A DNA stretch of 40,986 nucleotides from a virus (IMGVR_UViG_3300048896_000068:1-40986); one strand, 5' to 3'; counted from the first letter of the stretch, positions 7,500 through 16,908 are shown. Notes: generated by a model from the sequence alone, not told the origin. Made by a program: numbers and translations.

Positions 7500-8117
7500 A
7501 TGATTATATTAGACATGGAACAAAGATCACCGGAGTGGTATGCTGCAAGGTTAGGGGTTTTAACTGCTAGTGCTTGTGAATATATTATGACTCCGGCACA
7601 AAGAAAAGGGTTTGTCAATAAAATGATTGCTGAAATCGTTACCGGACAGCCTGAACCTTTTCCGACTAATGAGTATATGCAGTGGGGTATTGATACCGAA
7701 GACGAAGCTAGATTATATTACGAATCTAAAACAGGAAATAAGGTACGACAAGTTGGATTTGTTTATAAGGATGAATCGGAAAAGGTAGGATGCTCACCCG
7801 ACGGATTAGTAGACAAAGGCGGATTAATAGAGATTAAATGTCCTATGTCTAAAACACATATTGGATATATGTTAGACGGACCTCCTAAAAAATATTACAT
7901 GCAAATGCAATTTCAAATGTATGTCACTAATCGGCTATGGTGTGATTTTATGTCTTTTGATCCTAGATTACCCGAAGAAATGAAATCATATATTGTGCGA
8001 ATTGATAGAGATCCTGAAACTATTTTTAAAATAGAAGCGTCTATCAAAAGCACAATTAAAGAGATTGATACATTTCTTGCTGATCATGGTCATTCCTGGA
8101 AACAAACTAAGGGTTAA
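7500..8117 (+). CDS. YqaJ / lambda-exonuclease family nuclease
   Basis: QRSPEWYAARLG..TAS, WG...E..A, CSPDGLV, IEIKCP, YYMQMQ.QM. Confidence 0.95.
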   Translation: MIILDMEQRSPEWYAARLGVLTASACEYIMTPAQRKGFVNKMIAEIVTGQPEPFPTNEYMQWGIDTEDEARLYYESKTGNKVRQVGFVYKDESEKVGCSPDGLVDKGGLIEIKCPMSKTHIGYMLDGPPKKYYMQMQFQMYVTNRLWCDFMSFDPRLPEEMKSYIVRIDRDPETIFKIEASIKSTIKEIDTFLADHGHSWKQTKG

Positions 8118-8122
8118 TTACA

Positions 8123-8701
8123 ATGCAGAAAGCTATCACGGCAACTCTTGCCACGGTATTTTTGAGTTTAGGTATTTTAGGAACTGCTCAAGCAGTATCA
8201 CCAACTAGACAAGGAGCAATTATTTTTGATAGACTAGTAGAACTGTCGCACATTCGGGATGTAGCGCCAGATACACGGGTAATAGTGGCAGATGTTCCGG
8301 GTTCATATACTAATCAGACTAGAACTATTTATATAGCACGAGAAGATATTAAATTTTGTGGTCATGATGCAATGTGTATAGCCTTTATTGTAGGACACGA
8401 ATTAGGGCACAATGTTTTAGGCCATACTAGAGGTCATAACTATTTACCTAAGTGGCAAGAATTAGACGCTGATTTATATTCTATTAAACTCATGCATTTA
8501 GCCGGTTATGATCCATGTGCAGGAATAGGGTTTTTTAAAAAAGTATTGTCACAATTTGGTAATGATGGCGGAGATCAACATCCTGATAATAAAATACGCA
8601 TAGGATATATGGAGCACTTTTGCCACGTTGGAAATATTCCAGCTCCTCAAAAACCGTGGAATGGTGTACCAGATGCACAAAACCAACAAATAAACAAATA
8701 A
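8123..8701 (+). CDS. Secreted M48-family zinc metallopeptidase
   Basis: Signal peptide (AQA); AFIVGHELGHNVLGH, QELDAD, AGYDP, HP...R. Confidence 0.9.
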   Translation: MQKAITATLATVFLSLGILGTAQAVSPTRQGAIIFDRLVELSHIRDVAPDTRVIVADVPGSYTNQTRTIYIAREDIKFCGHDAMCIAFIVGHELGHNVLGHTRGHNYLPKWQELDADLYSIKLMHLAGYDPCAGIGFFKKVLSQFGNDGGDQHPDNKIRIGYMEHFCHVGNIPAPQKPWNGVPDAQNQQINK

Positions 8702-8709
8702 GGTGATGC

Positions 8710-9552
8710 ATGAAAGGAACTAAAAGAGCAAAAGAGATTGTAGCGGCACTAAGAAAGCATGTAGATGAAAACGGGACACTGGAAATAACCGTAGATATTG
8801 AAAGCTGTCATAATGAAGTTAAAAATTATGCGTGTGCTAGAAAACAGTATGTAGGCTATGACCAAATAACAAGAGAACGAAACATCATCATGATTCAAAT
8901 TGCCCACGTCTCAGCACGTAGAGCAAAAGATGTTTATACGGTTGAGTGGGATTGGCGAAGATGGGAGGATCGGGATCGCTTTTTGCTTGAAGAGTTCCTT
9001 TATATTTTATATTCGTTTAATGACTTGATAATTTACAGTAAGAATGGTAAGAGATTTGATATTCCTTATATCACAGGTAGGTTGATGTTTTGTGGCTTGC
9101 CATCATTACCAGAATTTACACATAGAGACATCGAAGAGTTAATACGAAAGAATATGTATCTAAACTCATTTGCCTTAGATTATCTAAATAAGTTTTTAGG
9201 CGGATCTGGTAAAATTAGAATGTTTAGGGACGACTGGTTTAAAATTGAAGAAGGCGACGAAAAAGCATTATCTAAAATGCGACGATATGGTAAAAAAGAT
9301 ATTGTAGATACTAATATGGTGAAAAGAAAATCAGCTAGATATATTCCTGAGCTTCGGGCATACTGTAATATATTAGCTAATGGAACTGTTTGTCATTGGT
9401 GTAAAGAGAAAAAGATGATTTGGAAGCTGGAGAAGAGAGGTTTTAGAAGAACTCCATCTGGTAAGCGTCAAATCTGGCATTGTACTAACAAAAAACATCC
9501 AGTTACTAAGCCGGCTTGGTTTACTGAAACTAGAGTTCAGAGGTATACATAA
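8710..9552 (+). CDS. RNase H-like (DnaQ/YprB-type) exonuclease with C-terminal Zn ribbon
   Basis: VDIES, NGKRFDIP, S..LDYL...LG..GK, Y.K.D; CxxC...C. Confidence 0.8.
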   Translation: MKGTKRAKEIVAALRKHVDENGTLEITVDIESCHNEVKNYACARKQYVGYDQITRERNIIMIQIAHVSARRAKDVYTVEWDWRRWEDRDRFLLEEFLYILYSFNDLIIYSKNGKRFDIPYITGRLMFCGLPSLPEFTHRDIEELIRKNMYLNSFALDYLNKFLGGSGKIRMFRDDWFKIEEGDEKALSKMRRYGKKDIVDTNMVKRKSARYIPELRAYCNILANGTVCHWCKEKKMIWKLEKRGFRRTPSGKRQIWHCTNKKHPVTKPAWFTETRVQRYT

Positions 9553-9770
9553 TGAATGAGCGAAAAAGTACGATGTACTATCAAGAAATCATTTCATTGC
9601 TTGATAATATGGAGAGGGCCGCCGATGTAGGATCGTCAATTGGATATGAAGCAAGGAAGCTGCTTCACTTTGTAGAGCAATATGGATTTCAAAAAGCTTT
9701 AGAAGCACGTATTGATGCTGGATTCCCACCACTAGAACCACTAAACACGGATGAAAACGACGATGGCTAA
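9552..9770 (+). CDS. Hypothetical protein
   Basis: Translationally coupled ORF in operon. Confidence 0.6.
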   Translation: MNERKSTMYYQEIISLLDNMERAADVGSSIGYEARKLLHFVEQYGFQKALEARIDAGFPPLEPLNTDENDDG

Positions 9771-10287
9771 GCTACCTAGAAAATTTGTTTTTCCTTGGCC
9801 CCCTAGCATTAATTCACTTTATTGTCAAGGCAAGACACACGGACAAAAGTTTTTAACTAAAACGGGTAAGGAATATAAACAAAAAATTATAGAACTACAT
9901 GCTAATGATGATTTAGATCCAATAGCAGTACCAATAAAAGTTAGAATAGAGTTGTTCCCGCCGGATAGAAGAACTAGAGACGTAGATAACTATATAAAGC
10001 CACTTCTTGACGGATTAAAGTTTTTAGAGTTGATACAAGACGATAGTTTTATAAATACACTATTAGTTTTAAAACATCCTAAGAATTTGAAATATAATAA
10101 AGGACTAGCACTAGTCTATATAAAAGAAGATGTAGAAAGGTCAAATAGAGACGATAAAATATTAGAGTATTTAGCAGATAATGGTTTTAGTGAATCTGAA
10201 TATATGACACGATTTCATATTGAGACAAAAAGAAGTGATGAAAGATATAAAAGAGAATTAAAAAAGCTAGAAGGTGGTGATCAATGA
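9751..10287 (+). CDS. rusA: RusA-family Holliday junction resolvase
   Basis: FPWPPSINSLY, PPDRRTRDVDNYIKPLLDGL, DDS. Confidence 0.95.
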   Translation: MKTTMAKLPRKFVFPWPPSINSLYCQGKTHGQKFLTKTGKEYKQKIIELHANDDLDPIAVPIKVRIELFPPDRRTRDVDNYIKPLLDGLKFLELIQDDSFINTLLVLKHPKNLKYNKGLALVYIKEDVERSNRDDKILEYLADNGFSESEYMTRFHIETKRSDERYKRELKKLEGGDQ

Positions 10288-10457
10288 GCATCATGATAGG
10301 TATATCAGACAAAAAGGTTTATATAAATATTTACAAATCTTATACTAAAGACTTAGACCATGTTATTACTAGTAAAAAAGAGTTAGAGTCTATAATACAA
10401 GAATTGCAGCACTATAAGAATGTACTATATAATAATAATAAAAAGGATGGTGTATAA
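10284..10457 (+). CDS. 57-aa hypothetical protein
   Basis: ATGA/TAATG coupling on both sides; C-terminal motif similar to ORF 23308-23502. Confidence 0.6.
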   Translation: MSIMIGISDKKVYINIYKSYTKDLDHVITSKKELESIIQELQHYKNVLYNNNKKDGV

Positions 10458-11008
10458 TGACAGGTATAGTAATAGATAAATTTATGGACACTGTTTTTGT
10501 ATTTGCGGATGGTCGATTAACTGGTAATGATCACGGATGGATTTATTCAGATACAGATGATAAAATAAGAAAGCTTGACGAAGAAACTATTATAACTAAT
10601 TGTGGAGAAGCTCACCTTATAGATAGTTGTGAAACACTTATTTTGGAAGGCAACTTTGAACAAGAGCATTTAAATAAGGTCAAAGGCGACGGATCAGTTA
10701 TTATAGCCACGTCTGACCACATTAAAACCATTGACTTTGCTATTTTCAATGAGGATTCAGAGAAAGAAACGGTATATAGAGCTAATCTATCTACCTATAA
10801 GCACTCAGCCTTACCTATGTTCTTTGGTTCAGGTATGGAGTGTTTATCATCAGCATATGCAGCCTTAGACATGAAAGATTGTAAGACTGAAAAAGAATAT
10901 TTATCTAAAATGAAAAAAGTTTTTAAAGCTGCTTGCAGTCGGATGTCAAGTATGGGACCATTAAGACAAACAGAGTCTATAAAATTGTCTAAGGATAAAA
11001 AGAAATGA
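10457..11008 (+). CDS. Ntn-hydrolase, proteasome-beta/HslV-like protein (paralog 1)
   Basis: Thr after Met, ADGR (Asp17), DKI, CG, FGSG motifs in proteasome spacing. Confidence 0.75.
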   Translation: MTGIVIDKFMDTVFVFADGRLTGNDHGWIYSDTDDKIRKLDEETIITNCGEAHLIDSCETLILEGNFEQEHLNKVKGDGSVIIATSDHIKTIDFAIFNEDSEKETVYRANLSTYKHSALPMFFGSGMECLSSAYAALDMKDCKTEKEYLSKMKKVFKAACSRMSSMGPLRQTESIKLSKDKKK

Positions 11009-11316
11009 AATCTAAAAAGCCAGTAGGCGAGAATGTTATACACTTTAAGAAGTATCACAAGAAAAGAGAAGAAGAAAGGAAGCAGACTGTTTTAAAGTTA
11101 GAGGTGTATAAACACAAAGGCAAACTTGACTATTCATATACCATGAAGAAAGGTCCGAAGAAAAAATCAGACGCTTTTATAGCCTTTGCTCTGGCTTATG
11201 CAATTGAGGATATTGTTATGTTTAATAATGATCCTTGTGATATTTTAGAATTGACTGAAGAAATAATTATAAGATTAGGATTTGAACCTAGGAGTGAAGA
11301 AGATGAATCCGAATAA
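11005..11316 (+). CDS. Hypothetical protein
   Basis: Coupled ORF, 103 aa. Confidence 0.65.
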   Translation: MKSKKPVGENVIHFKKYHKKREEERKQTVLKLEVYKHKGKLDYSYTMKKGPKKKSDAFIAFALAYAIEDIVMFNNDPCDILELTEEIIIRLGFEPRSEEDESE

Positions 11317-11737
11317 CCCCACTTTTAGGAGAGAATGTGCATTTAGTCCAAATGGTATGTGTGATCAATCAGATAGGAAGTTTGTAGGATCTTGTAGATA
11401 TTGCTCAAAAAGATTTGGTTATCAACCTATAGAGCGACCTAAAGAAAAAGCAAAGTTTGAAGACTGTATCGTCCCTGAAGAATTTAGCCATGTGCTAAAA
11501 ATACTTAAAAATGGAGCAAAAAAATATGGCGCTAATTCTTGGTTATATGGAAATCATTTTGACGTGCATATGAATCATAGGAGCATGGCTCACCACTTAT
11601 TAGAATCTTATAGAGAATTAAGAGAGGACAAAGAAAGCGGATTAGATCCATTGCTGCATTTAGCTACTAGGGCTTTGATGGAATATACGCTTAGGGCACG
11701 AGGACGAATAGATAAAAATGGTAAGGTTATAAAATGA
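11282..11737 (+). CDS. dATP/dGTP diphosphohydrolase-domain protein (DUF5664-like) with Cys-rich N-terminus
   Basis: GAKKYGANSW, H, DKESGLDPLLHLA; likely start 11303. Confidence 0.75.
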   Translation: MNLGVKKMNPNNPTFRRECAFSPNGMCDQSDRKFVGSCRYCSKRFGYQPIERPKEKAKFEDCIVPEEFSHVLKILKNGAKKYGANSWLYGNHFDVHMNHRSMAHHLLESYRELREDKESGLDPLLHLATRALMEYTLRARGRIDKNGKVIK

Positions 11738-12069
11738 AAAAAAGTCAAGATGAGTTAGAAAGACAATTTTGGAAAGCACATAATAACAATATGATTAAAC
11801 CTTTAAAACAACCCGCCGTAGGCGGACACCAAACAAAGTTAGAATCAGCCTTAGAGCAAATGTGTAATGTAGGATCAGGAATGATTATCGCCTATGCTAT
11901 TATGGAACTATTTTTAGCTCCTATGCTTCATATAGGTATAACTCCAATTCAAAACATGTGGACCACTATTATTTTAACGACGGTTAGTGTGGTTAGAGGT
12001 TATATATGGAGACGAGTATTTAATAGGAAGCTCTATAAAATATGGGCTAACTGGATTCTAAATCAATAG
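11734..12069 (+). CDS. Conserved phage 2-TM membrane protein
   Basis: QTK.ES..E...NV.SG...SVVRGY.WRR.FN pattern. Confidence 0.7.
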   Translation: MKKSQDELERQFWKAHNNNMIKPLKQPAVGGHQTKLESALEQMCNVGSGMIIAYAIMELFLAPMLHIGITPIQNMWTTIILTTVSVVRGYIWRRVFNRKLYKIWANWILNQ

Positions 12070-12286
12070 AAATCGAAGGCTGCTTAATATCACGCCTTAA
12101 AAATAAGTAATCTCTTTCGAATGCATCAAGATTAATAGCAAAGTCAACTTTTGTACCAAAAACTATTTCCGTTAAAGTCACACTATCAGGTCTAATATTT
12201 GTAACTTCGAATGTTCCAGTGCATCCACGTTTAATTACCTTATCTCCAATACTGAAATCAAAAGGTTTTAATAGATTATCTGTCAT
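12047..12286 (-). CDS. Small KOW/SH3-like hypothetical protein
   Basis: FSIGDKV...FEVTNI. Confidence 0.6.
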   Translation of the reverse strand: MTDNLLKPFDFSIGDKVIKRGCTGTFEVTNIRPDSVTLTEIVFGTKVDFAINLDAFERDYLFLRRDIKQPSISIDLESS

Positions 12287-12450
12287 ATGTCACCCGCTTC
12301 CATATTGTAAAGTTCGTATTCTTTCATCTTTTCATCTTCAGGGAATAGGTCAGACTTATCTAGCCATTTTCCGCAATCTTCGCACTTATAAGTATCTTCA
12401 ATAAACTGTAATTTATAAATATTATCATGGTTACAACATAATTTACACAT
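12283..12450 (-). CDS. Small Zn-ribbon protein
   Basis: AGGGGG RBS before ATG 12450; CxH...CEDC. Confidence 0.6.
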   Translation of the reverse strand: MCKLCCNHDNIYKLQFIEDTYKCEDCGKWLDKSDLFPEDEKMKEYELYNMEAGDI

Positions 12451-12458
12451 AAAACCCC

Positions 12459-12674
12459 CTAAGAGTATTTTATTAGATGTATTACTATGACCAAGCAAAT
12501 TATAAATAAAACACCTACAATTATATATTGTGCAGTATGTGAAGGCGGAGCGCAATCATACTTAACAATACAAATATGATTTTTATCACACGTATCCACA
12601 AGCATTTTACATTCACTATATTTATTAGTGTTTGAATCATACGGTATAAAAATTGGTAAGAATACTGCTGGCAT
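12459..12674 (-). CDS. Small Cys-containing membrane protein
   Basis: AGGAG RBS; C-terminal TM helix. Confidence 0.6.
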   Translation of the reverse strand: MPAVFLPIFIPYDSNTNKYSECKMLVDTCDKNHICIVKYDCAPPSHTAQYIIVGVLFIICLVIVIHLIKYS

Positions 12675-12682
12675 ATAAACTC

Positions 12683-12898
12683 CTAAGATGAATATTCTAC
12701 TTGTATAAGTCTGTCATCTTCTAATAAGTGTTTTTTATAATGTGCCTTACATCCAAGTGTCTTAAGTGTCATTCCTTTTTCTACTACTTCACAGAAAAAA
12801 GCATCTTCATGAATTGAAGATTTTTGAATAACTTTTATCACTAGTCCAAATCCTAAGTGCTTTAAATACATACCTGGCTTAATATGCTCATAGTTCAT
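12683..12898 (-). CDS. Small KOW/SH3-like hypothetical protein
   Basis: IKPGMYLKH...VIKVI; AGGTG RBS. Confidence 0.6.
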   Translation of the reverse strand: MNYEHIKPGMYLKHLGFGLVIKVIQKSSIHEDAFFCEVVEKGMTLKTLGCKAHYKKHLLEDDRLIQVEYSS

Positions 12899-12907
12899 AA
12901 ATCACCT

Positions 12908-13108
12908 TTATTTGCAAAAATTGCTTTCCCAGACATCTTGTGATAATACAGTAAAATGTTTATCAAAATCTTTTTCGGCTACATCCAATTCACATGAATG
13001 TACACTATTATTTTTTAAAGTCACTCTATTATCGCTAATGTCAACTATTGTGTAAACTAATTTTGATAAGTTAAATCTGGCTTGTGTACCTACATTTAAT
13101 TTTCTCAT
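12908..13108 (-). CDS. Small KOW/SH3-like hypothetical protein
   Basis: LNVGTQ...VYTIVDI; AGGAG RBS. Confidence 0.65.
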   Translation of the reverse strand: MRKLNVGTQARFNLSKLVYTIVDISDNRVTLKNNSVHSCELDVAEKDFDKHFTVLSQDVWESNFCK

Positions 13109-13250
13109 GACACTTTCTCCTAAATACTTTCTCTCTTACTATTAATGATAGCATACTAATTTTTTAAATCAAGGGTTGTACTTTTATATTTATATGCTAC
13201 GATATGGGGTAAGGAATAAACCATTTCAGGGATTGAGAATAGGAGTATGT

Positions 13251-13451
13251 ATGCGTAACAGACAATGTAAGTTTATTATAGAATACTTTGATGAAGATAT
13301 GAATCAAGTTAAAGTTATTGAGGGTATTGGGACATATGCAGATATTAACGATACTGTCATGAATTGCAGAGGTCGAGTGGCATATGTAAGAACCATGGAA
13401 GTAAGGGAGCCAAGCATGATGGAACGCTTTAAAATGATGATATCCTCATAA
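13251..13451 (+). CDS. Hypothetical protein
   Basis: AGGAG RBS before ATG 13251. Confidence 0.6.
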   Translation: MRNRQCKFIIEYFDEDMNQVKVIEGIGTYADINDTVMNCRGRVAYVRTMEVREPSMMERFKMMISS

Positions 13452-13637
13452 ATATATGACGTATGGTCTATTGACTCCAAATATCTTTTTGCTATAGTTT
13501 GAGTATAGAGGATTGATATTTGGAGTTTGTGCCATGAGTGATAAAGACAAAAAACATCAAAAGTTGGTAGAATCAATGAAAGCATTTGCACGCAAGGAAC
13601 TAATAAGAATTAAAAAAGCTAAAAGTGCAAACGTGCT

Positions 13638-14087
13638 ATGATAAAAAATATACACCACAAGCTTTTTCATTCTAGTACGCCATTTGCATATGCAACGGTA
13701 GCAGCTTTCGTGATAGGTCTAGGAGACTTATTTGCAACATCGGCGGATCTTATATGGCTCTGGGGGGATGCATCAAGGGATTATCATACATATCATGGAC
13801 TAGTTGCAATAGGATTAGTTATTGCTGACTTGATTATGATTGCATCTTTTATTTGGTTGTATAGAGCAATTCATAAATATCTAGCAAAAAAAGAATCTAA
13901 AGAGTTGAAAACCTGTCATAGAATTAAAGCAGTCGAGGATAAGTTATCAGCATTAGAACATTATTTCGAATTTATAGAGATTGATGATGAGCAGTTATGC
14001 ACACAAGCTGGATTAGTATATTTACCAGATGAAAATTTAATCACTCTTTTAAAAGCATTTAGACATGCAAATCGAGGTGTATCATGA
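13638..14087 (+). CDS. 2-TM membrane protein with coiled-coil C-terminus
   Basis: Two hydrophobic segments, 149 aa. Confidence 0.7.
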   Translation: MIKNIHHKLFHSSTPFAYATVAAFVIGLGDLFATSADLIWLWGDASRDYHTYHGLVAIGLVIADLIMIASFIWLYRAIHKYLAKKESKELKTCHRIKAVEDKLSALEHYFEFIEIDDEQLCTQAGLVYLPDENLITLLKAFRHANRGVS

Positions 14088-14186
14088 TAGCATTTATGTT
14101 TGTTGTGGTGTCATTATTTATAGTATACCTAATGTTGATTAATACCAATAAAAATGTTAATGTGGTATTAAATGAATTAAAGAGGA

Positions 14187-14417
14187 ATGGCCGTGGCTAA
14201 AATGGTTATAAGAATGTGGTACGACGAAGAAGACAATACAGATCCCTTAACAGGTGAGTTATATGATAAATCATCTGATATGTATTATAGAGATGTGGAA
14301 ATAAATGTAGAAATGGGTAAACATGGAAATGGTGTATCTGAACTACATAGGGTTTATTCTGGGTTTTTAAAAGCTCTGGGATATCCTACTGACGATATTG
14401 ACGAGTTGATTGATTAG
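14187..14417 (+). CDS. Acidic hypothetical protein
   Basis: 76-aa ORF in operon. Confidence 0.6.
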   Translation: MAVAKMVIRMWYDEEDNTDPLTGELYDKSSDMYYRDVEINVEMGKHGNGVSELHRVYSGFLKALGYPTDDIDELID

Positions 14418-14427
14418 AGGTGATATT

Positions 14428-14721
14428 ATGATTCTTTTACAGGTAATTGCAATAGGGTTAGCTTTAGAGGGAATACCCCCGACTAATCCGCCTACTATGC
14501 ACACATTCCAGTTTCATACTAAAGCAGAGTGTGCGAGTTATAGGCAGCAGTTAAAATCAGGGTTTGATAAAACCCATGTGAATTATATTTTATCTGAGTG
14601 TCAAGAACCTACTACACAAGAGCAGAGAGATAATAAAATAGAAAAAGTTCTTGAAAAGTTAAGGCAACATGATGATCCGCCTATTATGATTAATCCCGGT
14701 TGGATAGAGGTTCCAAAATGA
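14428..14721 (+). CDS. Small two-Cys protein
   Basis: GAGGTG RBS; hydrophobic N-terminus, FHTKAEC...EC. Confidence 0.65.
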   Translation: MILLQVIAIGLALEGIPPTNPPTMHTFQFHTKAECASYRQQLKSGFDKTHVNYILSECQEPTTQEQRDNKIEKVLEKLRQHDDPPIMINPGWIEVPK

Positions 14722-14903
14722 CACACTTTCTGTTATTATTTATGATATATGGTAGCAGTCCAGCAGGTGAGAACTATCAAGTGAGTGAGAAGTTAGTGTT
14801 TTCAGATGAAAACGCTTGCTTACATGTTCATAGGGATATGTCAGAATTAAAAAGCTATGAAATATTAGCACATTGTCAGCCGATTAAAGGGGATGTAAAA
14901 TGA
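14718..14903 (+). CDS. Small two-Cys protein
   Basis: GAGG RBS; FSDENAC...HC. Confidence 0.65.
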   Translation: MTHFLLLFMIYGSSPAGENYQVSEKLVFSDENACLHVHRDMSELKSYEILAHCQPIKGDVK

Positions 14904-15052
14904 GTAAATATGTTGATATATTAGTGCACAAAGAGACTAAAGAGGTCTTAAAAGCACTTGCAGCAAAGAAAGGTGTCTCTATTGCCGAACTTATGGCGCA
15001 TTTTGTAGAAATTCTAAAAGGTGAGTTGAATAAGGCGAAGAAAAATGATTAG
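14900..15052 (+). CDS. Ribbon-helix-helix-like DNA-binding protein (50 aa)
   Basis: MSKYVDILVHKETKEVLKALAAKKGVSIAELM: beta-strand, helix, G-x-S, helix; translated by hand. Confidence 0.7.
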   Translation: MSKYVDILVHKETKEVLKALAAKKGVSIAELMAHFVEILKGELNKAKKND

Positions 15053-15218
15053 TGGATATTTATTGATTATTTACATTGCTACGAGTTCAGGCACTATTTT
15101 ATTACCTCAAGCACAAACAGTTTTTACGTCTGAATATGAATGCAAAGCAGCGGCGGATCAAGTTTTAGCACATGCTGGACCTGATACGCATACTCAATGT
15201 ATAGCGCAGGTGAAGTGA
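15045..15218 (+). CDS. Small two-Cys protein (57 aa)
   Basis: MISGYLLIIY...FTSEYECKAA...QC; translated by hand. Confidence 0.65.
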   Translation: MISGYLLIIYIATSSGTILLPQAQTVFTSEYECKAAADQVLAHAGPDTHTQCIAQVK

Positions 15219-15544
15219 TGAAAATAACTATTCAAGGTAAAACTTATGACGATAAAGAAGCTATTAGATTAGGATTAACATCTAATCAATATGTAGACGC
15301 TTTAAAAAATGCTAAACGTGTATATCAAGAAGCCAAGAAAAATAGAGAGTTAAGAAGAATAGAAAGAGAAAAAGAACTGTTTGAATTTCGATTAAAGGCT
15401 TTGAAGAGCTTAAAAGCTAAATTAAATGCCTTACCGGAATCGGGATATGAAAAAGTTATTTTAGATACACCTAAATACAAAAAGGGTGAGGGTATAATAA
15501 ATTTATGCTCTGAAATCGCTTCGATTCGATATTATCAAGAATAG
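15218..15544 (+). CDS. Basic coiled-coil hypothetical protein
   Basis: AGGTGA RBS, TGATG coupling. Confidence 0.65.
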   Translation: MKITIQGKTYDDKEAIRLGLTSNQYVDALKNAKRVYQEAKKNRELRRIEREKELFEFRLKALKSLKAKLNALPESGYEKVILDTPKYKKGEGIINLCSEIASIRYYQE

Positions 15545-15552
15545 AGGATTGT

Positions 15553-15726
15553 ATGAAAAGTTTAAAAGAATCTGTATTTTATTTTTTGGTATTTGTTGGT
15601 ATGACCTATTCTTGTGTAAGTATGTCTTATTCTGATGATGCAGGCTTAGAACATAGAGTAGCAAAACTTGAATCTGAAATGCAGCGTGTTAAACAATATG
15701 CACTAGCTCATGGGATACCAATATGA
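15553..15726 (+). CDS. 57-aa TM plus coiled-coil protein
   Basis: GAGG RBS; ATGA coupling. Confidence 0.55.
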   Translation: MKSLKESVFYFLVFVGMTYSCVSMSYSDDAGLEHRVAKLESEMQRVKQYALAHGIPI

Positions 15727-15956
15727 TAACCACATATTTATTAATGATTCATTTGATTATAGTAGATATGGATGGACATTTAAAGTCGACTAGGTCTTAT
15801 CCTGCTTCTAATTATTCCGGTTTAATATCTTGCGAATTAGGTAAGCTTAAAGATGATTCACAAGGAGCAGGGTTAATAACTCATACTAATACATATTGGG
15901 AAAATGAATTTGTAGCAAGTAAAGAATGTGTAAAAATTGAGGTTAACACTAAATGA
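15723..15956 (+). CDS. Small two-Cys protein
   Basis: YLLMIH...YSGLISC...EC. Confidence 0.6.
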   Translation: MITTYLLMIHLIIVDMDGHLKSTRSYPASNYSGLISCELGKLKDDSQGAGLITHTNTYWENEFVASKECVKIEVNTK

Positions 15957-16528
15957 TAGTAGATAAAGATTGTTGGCAAACCCCATTAGACTTATATGAA
16001 TGGTTAGATAAAAACGAGGGGCCGTTCTTTTGGGATGCTTGTTGTAATATCAAGAATTGCCTAGTAGCTGCTCAAAAAGCTATAACATGTGAAAGTAACA
16101 TATTAGAATCTCATAACTGTTTAAGTCATGATACATATGACTATTTAAAAACAGATATGATAAAAGTGTGGAAAAAAATGGCAGATCCTTATATTACAGA
16201 TGCAGGACATTGTGACGGAAAAGTCAGCGAAAATATTTTTATGAACCCTCCATATTCTAATCCAGGACCGTTTATCCAAAAAGCTTGGGAAGATTCTAAG
16301 TATTTTAAATTAATAATTTTAGTGCCAATATCAATTTTAAGTTGTAAGTACTTAGATTTTTTAGAAGATTCAGAATATTTATGTAAGCAGAATCCGACAA
16401 GAAAATGGAGAGAAGGCGTTAAGATAGTTCCACTATCACGAAGAACAAAATTTGTTCACCCTAATAAGAAATCAAGTTCACCTCCAGGAGGTTGCATGTT
16501 GATGATATTTGACCGGAGAGGTAAATGA
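15953..16528 (+). CDS. Phage-type N6-adenine DNA methyltransferase
   Basis: DCWQTP, F.WDAC, IFMNPPYS, R.KF. Confidence 0.9.
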   Translation: MIVDKDCWQTPLDLYEWLDKNEGPFFWDACCNIKNCLVAAQKAITCESNILESHNCLSHDTYDYLKTDMIKVWKKMADPYITDAGHCDGKVSENIFMNPPYSNPGPFIQKAWEDSKYFKLIILVPISILSCKYLDFLEDSEYLCKQNPTRKWREGVKIVPLSRRTKFVHPNKKSSSPPGGCMLMIFDRRGK

Positions 16529-16908
16529 TAAAAATTATTGTAGATGTTAATAGACAAGCAATAAGAAATAAATCTGGATATTTACATGCTTTACGTTTTG
16601 ACTTTATTGACTTAAACGGACAATATAGAGGGCTACAAATTCGTATGTATTCGCCTGGCCAATATGCAGATCACGACAAATTGCAAGAAGAGGAATCATT
16701 AAAGAAAATTAAGCATATAATTATATCACAGCTTGACATCAGCGGAAAAATCCGTCAAAATTATCAAAAGCTACAAACTATAGACATTGGAGATCCGTAT
16801 CAACATCAATCTATTATTAGAAATGTAGAACGACTAAATAAATTATCTGAAAGCATAGAACTAAATATAAAGGAGCAACCAGATTATGACAGTAATTGTA
16901 TTATCTAA
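16525..16908 (+). CDS. Hypothetical protein
   Basis: Coupled ORF, 127 aa. Confidence 0.65.
   Translation: MIKIIVDVNRQAIRNKSGYLHALRFDFIDLNGQYRGLQIRMYSPGQYADHDKLQEEESLKKIKHIIISQLDISGKIRQNYQKLQTIDIGDPYQHQSIIRNVERLNKLSESIELNIKEQPDYDSNCII

Noticed and set aside
11282-11737. Z-genome (2-aminoadenine) pathway
   Set aside because: No PurZ-like gene; the diphosphohydrolase domain alone is common in phages
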